Assembly (NCBI RefSeq): GCF_964194025.1
Contig: NC_134474.1
Coordinates: forward strand, 73,346,001 to 73,410,000
Direction of reading: 5' to 3'
Origin: Convolutriloba macropyga
Lineage: Eukaryota
DNA length: 64,000 nt
The position numbers and the translations under genes were made by a program. This document shows, one piece after another, positions 59,501 to 64,000 of this stretch. Under the pieces are notes generated by a model that was not told where the DNA came from, did not search any database, and worked only from the letters and a program-made list of their open reading frames with translations. Each line of letters begins with the position of its first letter. Within the stretch, counting starts at the first letter, position 1.

Positions 59501-60869
59501 CTAAATTTGCAAACATTCGAATGCAAAATTTTATAGTGTTTTGTTCGCATGGAATTGTTTGCAGTCGATGTGTTCAAATTTGAAAATCGCAAAACAATCA
59601 ATTGAAAAAAGTCTAGAAAAAATTATATTACAAAATTGTCCATGACTCAAGTCTTTCTTTTTGAAGAGAGCATTTAGAAGGCCAGACAGTAGTTCTCTCG
59701 AAATTACAGAGTGTGTGGCCAAATTTTCCTATTTAACAGGAGAAGAAAAATGCTTTGATGCACATAGGAGGAGGTCACAGAATGGAAAAATTGTAACGTT
59801 TTCAACTTTCGATAAACCGCTCTGCATTCGATGGATTGGATTTTTATGTGCAAATGCAAACACAATCGCTCATTAATTTCCCCAAAATGTTCACACCAAC
59901 GTGAGTCATATTGAGTCAACATACTTTGTGTAGAAACAATTTTTTCACGTCTTAGGTTTTAAGGGTTAATTTGTTTCATAAAAGAAGATAGAGAGTTTGC
60001 ACTTTTTTCTTGTAATTTGGAAAGAATTGCAACTTTTAAGGTTTCAGTATTTGAAATGGAAATACTCACATTTTGGATATTTGTTTTAGGTAAGTGAGGA
60101 ATTCCAGCAGTACTTCTCAAAACTGTTGGGATTGAAGCCAGCTGTGGAGTCAGGGGATGTGGACCAGCAGACATCCCAGATGGAAGACAGGTTCACAATC
60201 ATTGTGCCAGATGCACTCGACAGCTTCCCAGTAAGCAACACCTCGAATCCTAGGGAATTATAATTTATCCACTTCTGATTCAATGCATTCTAAAACCAGT
60301 GGAATCTACTCTGTTTTGCCCCCGCAGTTTACTAGGCGTGTAACCTTTTCACCCCCAAAGGCCTGCGTTCTATGATATACATAATCTCGTTGTATAATAT
60401 AATGCCGTCAATACAATAAGAAATTATTTGTAAGTTGAAGTCATGAAAACACTTGGGGGGGGGGGGGGGTTTGGGTTGAAGCAATAGTTTCAATCAATGA
60501 AAAATAAGTCAAAAATTTTGGAATTTTGGAAAGATCTTCATAAGATTCTTTCACGAAATGCACTCTTGTGAAAAACTGGGAACATTTCGAAAACTTTATC
60601 AAGACGATTGTGCCTTTGTTCTCCGGCTGTAAACAAACATGATCAGAATACTTTGAAAATCATTGTAAATTATTCCCGATTAATTACTGAATTTATCTGC
60701 AAATAGAATTATCAAATTTCTCTTTAGAACCACCGGATGTGTCTGACTTCTCTTATCAAGTACAGTCCAATCACAGTCAAGAGGATTCGCAACCTCATAG
60801 CTGGAAATTCTGCCTACATTGTGCCAGGGGTCGTACACAAGGACGAGCTGCACATATCTGACCTATTGG
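27166..60869 (+). CDS. IQCH: IQ motif-containing protein H, spliced gene span (17 exons in window, 3' incomplete)
   Basis: Exons join with GT-AG boundaries and consistent phases. The translation has blocks I recall from vertebrate IQCH: VLIKVQEDLKQLKE, LDISTLENAISNTE, GLLSLIQRGLIPPAAEIT, EFLAFKQHY, IQSLWR (IQ motif), KWAAGMIAISW, RTIIHIPSLG, QMGRLCDL, MCLTSLIKYSP. Confidence 0.92.
27341..27372 (+). promoter_or_regulatory. Forkhead motif (TGTTTAC) plus RFX X-box-like site (GTTTCC-T-GGCAAC) in IQCH intron 1
   Basis: Motifs at 27341-27347 and 27360-27372, 55-87 nt after exon 1 of a flagellar/ciliary-type gene. Confidence 0.45.
28033..28618 (+). repeat. Near-perfect tandem duplication, 294-bp period
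   Basis: Two copies with very few substitutions. Confidence 0.95.
29812..29955 (+). CDS. IQCH: IQCH exon 2 (VQEDLKQLKE...NTEMAIM)
   Basis: Acceptor tttttcag|, donor ATG|gtaaat, phase 0-0. Confidence 0.92.
31849..32070 (+). repeat. Dispersed ~220-bp repeat, second copy at 41361-41585
   Basis: tcacccaa(t/c)gagcggggagaaca...gtttgataacaaa in both copies. Confidence 0.85.
32831..32946 (+). CDS. IQCH: IQCH exon 3 (RHSEELVEH...DKHYR)
   Basis: Acceptor gtgtag|, donor AG|gtatgt, phase 0-2. Confidence 0.85.
33506..33671 (+). CDS. IQCH: IQCH exon 4 (DKLTNEAIG...LLGSKQ)
   Basis: Acceptor tacag|, donor CAG|gtaacc, phase 2-0 matching both neighbours. Confidence 0.85.
34022..34174 (+). CDS. IQCH: IQCH exon 5 (VSFVESPG...ERDYVH)
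   Basis: Acceptor tctccag|, donor CAT|gtaagg, phase 0-0. Confidence 0.88.
34209..34370. mobile_element. Tc1/mariner-type MITE
   Basis: TIR gggtctttcccattatagcccc / ggggctataatgggaaagaccc with TA on both flanks. Confidence 0.8.
35074..35154 (+). CDS. IQCH: IQCH exon 6 (SGMDRIYKGSNIEPATVLPRVNRIYPQ)
   Basis: Acceptor tttcag|, donor CAG|gtcaga; KGSNI..TVLP motif; missed by the ORF track. Confidence 0.88.
36112..36324 (+). CDS. IQCH: IQCH exon 7 (LNPPGISED...LAGVK)
   Basis: Acceptor tttacag|, donor AAG|gtacct; contains GLLSLIQRGLIPP. Confidence 0.92.
37415..38000 (+). repeat. Minisatellite of 19-22-nt units (gaacgcacgaaagtctgg...) followed by ~31-nt units (ttccgtctgggacggtctggacata)
   Basis: Directly visible tandem array. 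Confidence 0.93.
38335..38431. repeat. (GT)n microsatellite
   Basis: Direct. Confidence 0.95.
40006..40177 (+). CDS. IQCH: IQCH exon 8 (LDPNAKAES...RTPK)
   Basis: Acceptor ttatcag|, donor G|gttctc, phase 0-1; low-complexity region. Confidence 0.78.
40337..40695. mobile_element. MITE with ~45-bp imperfect TIRs and TA TSD
   Basis: ctccaagtg..cagtactgggcca / tggcccagtactg..cacttggag; TA at 40335 and 40696. Confidence 0.72.
41676..41857 (+). CDS. IQCH: IQCH exon 9 (GHPGVNET...NSQPY)
   Basis: Acceptor ccattcag|, donor TAT|gtaagt, phase 1-0. Confidence 0.82.
42054..44585. repeat. Large inverted repeat (foldback), ~1-kb arms, ~490-bp spacer
   Basis: 42054-43046 is the reverse complement of 43538-44585 with scattered substitutions; (TA)n expansion in the right arm. 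Confidence 0.92.
44490..44567. repeat. (TA)n microsatellite
   Basis: Direct. Confidence 0.97.
46271..46470. other. Assembly gap of 200 N (further gaps at 47031-47171 and 47932-48073)
   Basis: Runs of N. Confidence 0.99.
46471..46582 (+). CDS. IQCH: IQCH exon 10, 5' part lost in N gap (EHFRTLDHRFAIQLGKTKVTSPEFLAFKQHYCLNWG)
   Basis: Open frame directly after gap 46271-46470; donor AG|gtagag, phase 2; FLAFKxH...WG motif. Confidence 0.88.
46945..48740 (+). repeat. ~903-bp tandem duplication, each unit containing an N gap
   Basis: 47172-47838 matches 48075-48740; 46945-47030 matches 47840-47925. Confidence 0.9.
48820..49006 (+). CDS. IQCH: IQCH exon 11 (IIRVLGELEQ...ELNTP)
   Basis: Acceptor gttaag|, donor CCA|gtaagt, phase 2-0. 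Confidence 0.88.
49806..50629 (+). CDS. Candidate alternative long exon or alternative N-terminus in frame with IQCH exon 12
   Basis: 241 stop-free codons upstream of and in frame with exon 12; caaaATGG start context; phase-0 CAG acceptor at 49875-49877 after a pyrimidine tract. Confidence 0.5.
50529..50629 (+). CDS. IQCH: IQCH exon 12, IQ motif (GQRFK...AATLIQSLWRMH...HYR)
   Basis: Acceptor ttttcaag|, donor AG|gtaagc; joins exon 11 as ...NTP-GQRFK as in the conserved protein. Confidence 0.9.
51002..51128 (+). CDS. IQCH: IQCH exon 13 (KQKWAAGMIAISW...RLRMK)
   Basis: Acceptor tttatag|, donor AAG|gtatat, phase 2-0. Confidence 0.92.
51665..51731 (+). CDS. IQCH: IQCH exon 14 (LLAATWDGMKESERTIIHIPSL)
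   Basis: Acceptor tttttcag|, donor G|gttagc, phase 0-1. Confidence 0.92.
54517..57098 (-). mobile_element. Complete ~2.6-kb HINE/DINE-1-like Helentron derivative in IQCH intron 14
   Basis: On the - strand: 5' TT-GTTCCGACCCC...GGGGAAGGAACTATA; 3' subTIR GGGGTCGGAAC (54553-54563), hairpin GCAC-ATTACC-GTGC, terminal CTTGTT. Confidence 0.75.
57428..57809 (+). mobile_element. tRNA-headed SINE-like element with structured body
   Basis: A box TGGCAGAATGG (57437), weak B box GTTCGAGG (57502), GC-rich hairpin-dense body, ends ...GGCGTTAAATAG...TTAAGAAA. Confidence 0.55.
57899..58020 (+). CDS. IQCH: IQCH exon 15 (GHSARVRY...YISPVP)
   Basis: Acceptor cttttaaag|, donor CCT|gtaagc, phase 1-0; QMGRLCDL motif. 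Confidence 0.92.
60090..60230 (+). CDS. IQCH: IQCH exon 16 (VSEEFQQYFSKLLGL...DSFP)
   Basis: Acceptor gttttag|, donor CCA|gtaagc, phase 0-0; DRFTIIVPDA motif. Confidence 0.9.
60728..60869 (+). CDS. IQCH: IQCH exon 17 (NHRMCLTSLIKYSP...SDLL)
   Basis: Acceptor tctttag|, donor G|gttaat, phase 0-1. Confidence 0.92.
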
Positions 60870-60881
60870 GTTAATTTATTA

Positions 60882-61038
60882 CCCTAGTCTATTAACGACG
60901 GCTGTCTTGCAAGATCTTGCAAGAATCTTGCAATAGTCTTGTAAGGTTCTTGCAAGATAGGGCTCCCGGATCTTGCACATTTCAAGATAAGCGTCATTTG
61001 CACTAATCTTGCAAGATCTTGCTATATAAGCGTCGGGG
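60882..61038. repeat. CTTGCAAGAT-repeat element (family also at about 31200-31420, 32200-32345, 33790-33845, 35320-35400)
   Basis: Tandem palindromic caagatcttg units; TA-CCC...GGG-TA ends. Confidence 0.55.
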
Positions 61039-62053
61039 TATTCTTAAATAATTACATTCATAACCAACTCGTTAAACTTTACAAGCCAAAAAGCTTGCAA
61101 GTTTACAAATTTACGGTTTCCGTGAACAAAATTCCAAATTGCCCAGGAACCCTCATGGCTAAAACGTTTATCAAAAAATTGGTGCAGAAGCTGCGCCCTC
61201 AATTTTGGGACTAGACTGAGTTAACATTTTTATTCAGCCATGAATCACAGTGTATATTTCATTCTGTATTTTAGAGTGAACATTATCATGATCGTGTCAA
61301 AATCTACAATGATCATACCCGTGTTGAGAAATTCGTCGGATTCAAGCATAAGAAATCGTCGGTTTTCGTCAGTTTTACTTCGCCAAAACCGATCAAAGCC
61401 CTTACGATTTTTTTCGTCGTTTTGATCGGTTTTCGTCGGTATTTAAACGTAAGAATCGTCGGTTTTCGTCAGTTTCAAAACGCAAGAAGCGCATAGTAAA
61501 AATTCAGGATAAACTAGATAGCCCACATTTTGACTTCGCAGCATGAAAAAAACAGACCGCAACAGGACTGCACAGAACAGATTCTCATACTGATAAAAGT
61601 GGGCGCGAAAAAAATCAGCAAGTCGATCCTCGGAATTAACTATGCATTAAGAATATATGCTCACAAATACTGAATTTGCGAGTCTTATGCTAATGTACAA
61701 AAAGTGCTAGGAACTGTGTATGCTAAAAATAATGTTCTATTTAATCGAATTTTTATTAATATTGCGGCTGAGCTTAACAACTCAGAAATCAAATTGAATA
61801 GCGCTTCAAGGTCATTTCAAGCCTTAAAGCTAGAATAGCTTGACAAGCGAAATTTAATGCTACATTCTATTGAAGTCATACGGATTTGTTCAATTTCTTC
61901 AACATTTATATTTCGCAACTATTATTTTTACGCAATCGTCATTCATGAAGTCAAACTATAACTCAAACTCGAACTACCTCAACCACCAGCAAAACAATAC
62001 TACGACTTAACAGTAGTGCATCAGATTCTTTGCGATTGGATTGCGAATCAACC

Positions 62054-64000
62054 TGTTATTGATACAGAATATTCGACAAAACTTCTACTTGGTTAACGAA
62101 TTTCCCATGACATCAAATTTACACTGAAAAAATGAAGTTATGGAAAAGTGTTCACATTCTGTCGACAATATTACCTACAACCAATCAACAGTTGAATTTG
62201 ACATGTAAATCCACGTGACTAGCAGCATAAAAGGAGCTTGAAAAATTACCAAAAATCAGTTGAAACTTGCAGTTTTGGTTATATTAAACTCACGTACAGT
62301 GCATATTGAAGCACACTTTCTTGAGCGGTAAATTACTTGTGATCGTGTCTTGTTTCTGTAGATCATATTAGTGATTGTACAGTTTTAACTTTACTTTGAC
62401 TTGTGAAAAGAGAAGTAGCTTTGATATTCTCAAAACATTCTTTCTGAGGAACAAAGTTCCTAAGTAAGAGAAACTTTGTGCAAAGCATAAAGTCAGTTTC
62501 TTTTACTGGCTTTAACGAAGCCTACTCTAGTTCAACATTGGTGTTATTGAAACCAATAGAGAGACTTGCTAACTTTGAATTTTGAAAAAATTTTATAATC
62601 AGATTTGCAACTGGTAGGACAGCCCGTTTTACAACTGCTAACTGCGGCAGGTTGAAACTTTGCATAGTTATAGCCAAGTTATAGGGCTACAAAACAAAAT
62701 TTTGATTGTCTCAATTTGAATTATTTTGTTTTTCTGAGAGAAACATGTTTGTTATAACAGCAAAACTGTGCAATTAGTTATCAAGCGTAAAAGAGCAACA
62801 AGTAATGCAACGGTAATCTACAGTATAGCGGATAAAGCAGTTCGAAACAGGCGAAGAGAAGAGTGCAATTCAATAAAAAAATTGAAGTGCGAACCCTGCT
62901 CAAAAGAAACCAACAAAGCAAAAGCGAACAGCAACCAGGCAAGTCAAGCACAACCAGCAGAGAGAAGCTTCAATCAACAGCTCACAGGTACGATAAGAAG
63001 CTTCAAGAGTTAGTGGAAGAAGTTAACACTAAAAGAAGTCTTGGCTACAAAATAATTGAAGCTTCAGATCGACCCAACAAATTAAAGGTCCTCTAACAAC
63101 AGACTGTCCACCTCCTAGAGGAAGAAATACCCAAGCAACTGCAGCATCGAAACAAGTTTGTGTCCTACCAAGCAAATTTCGTTGAAGAACATCTGAAAGA
63201 AGCAAGGAAGTGCAAAGCAAGTTTGGACTATCATTGGCTTTCATATATAAGCAAAGGCACGCAACCAGAAATTAATGCAGAGCAAAGCAACGCAACCCAA
63301 GCAGTGAACGACAGCGAGAGCAACAAAAATTACCCAACGGACAACCCATTTGCTCAAACAGTGCAAAATGGAGCAACAGCAAGTAGCCAAGAGACGGAGA
63401 AAGTTTCGGAAACATCATCAGCAAAGAAAAGGCGAGAGGAAAGGATGAAGAAATTCGATATCGAATTCGAAACCAAGATGCGACTCGAACAAGCACGGTT
63501 TGAGCGGAGGAGGCTAGAGCTGGAAATGCAAATGAAGGAACTGGAAACCAAGCATCAACTACTGGAGGAAGAGCGCGACCTAGAGCGCAAAGTTCCCAAG
63601 CGACCTAGAGCGCGAACAGCATTAGAGAACGATGATGCTCGTTCCCAATCAACCAGTGCTCGAGACAAATCACCCCTCAACTGGACCCCAAAGGAGAGAA
63701 ATGTCTCAGACTGGGCCAACAGGATCGACAACCTTCTAAGACCAGAACGATCAACAGCTCGCTTCGAAGTAACCCCTGAAGTGAACAGGCATAGTCACTT
63801 CTCACGATATCGCAGTTCACGAGACCGATCCTCAAGTGTTGAAGACTGAGACATTTTCCCCAGAAATGGTCTATTACATTACAGCACTGGCTATTCAGGT
63901 AGTAGTAACCTACCAAAGCTGAAGTTGAACAACTTCGACGGAAACCCTCTCGAATGACCGGAGTTGTCTAGTATGTTCATTGCTACAGTGGATCAACGAC
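62054..64000 (+). mobile_element. BEL/Pao LTR retrotransposon: 5' LTR and decayed gag, runs out of window
   Basis: LPKLKLNNFDGNPLE*PELSSMF (DUF1759-type gag motif) in frame with ORF 63160-63849, separated by TGA stops; candidate LTR TGTT(62054)...AACA(62537) followed by T-TGG. Confidence 0.82.

Noticed and set aside
63847-63957. In-frame TGA codons in gag as readthrough or an alternative genetic code
   Set aside because: IQCH exons use TGG for Trp and the element is otherwise decayed; nonsense mutation is the simpler explanation.

Overview
AT-rich, intron-containing eukaryotic DNA, most likely an invertebrate animal; the taxon cannot be fixed from the sequence alone. The right-hand 37 kb (27166 to beyond the window end) is one + strand multi-exon gene recognisable as IQCH (IQ motif-containing H). 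I reconstructed 17 phase-consistent GT-AG exons (about 780 codons); one exon starts inside an N gap and the gene continues past the window. Its introns hold MITEs, a 2.5-kb foldback, a complete DINE-1/HINE-like Helentron derivative, a structured tRNA-headed SINE, minisatellites and the 5' end of a decayed BEL/Pao LTR element. The left 27 kb contains further HINE-like copies, a fossil CRE-type (RLE) non-LTR element, two frameshifted APE-RT LINEs, an intronless secreted Ig-like gene (- strand) and a probable first exon of another - strand gene. The most notable observations are: (1) a 241-codon intronic ORF in frame with the IQ-motif exon; (2) an exon beginning with a perfect donor (AG|GTAAGT, recursive-splicing-like); (3) an apparently full-length LINE whose 62-aa mini-ORF1 is enclosed by a 12-bp long-range stem; (4) the HINE family; (5) a SINE body that could form a pseudoknot. 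Homology calls are from remembered family motifs, not database searches.
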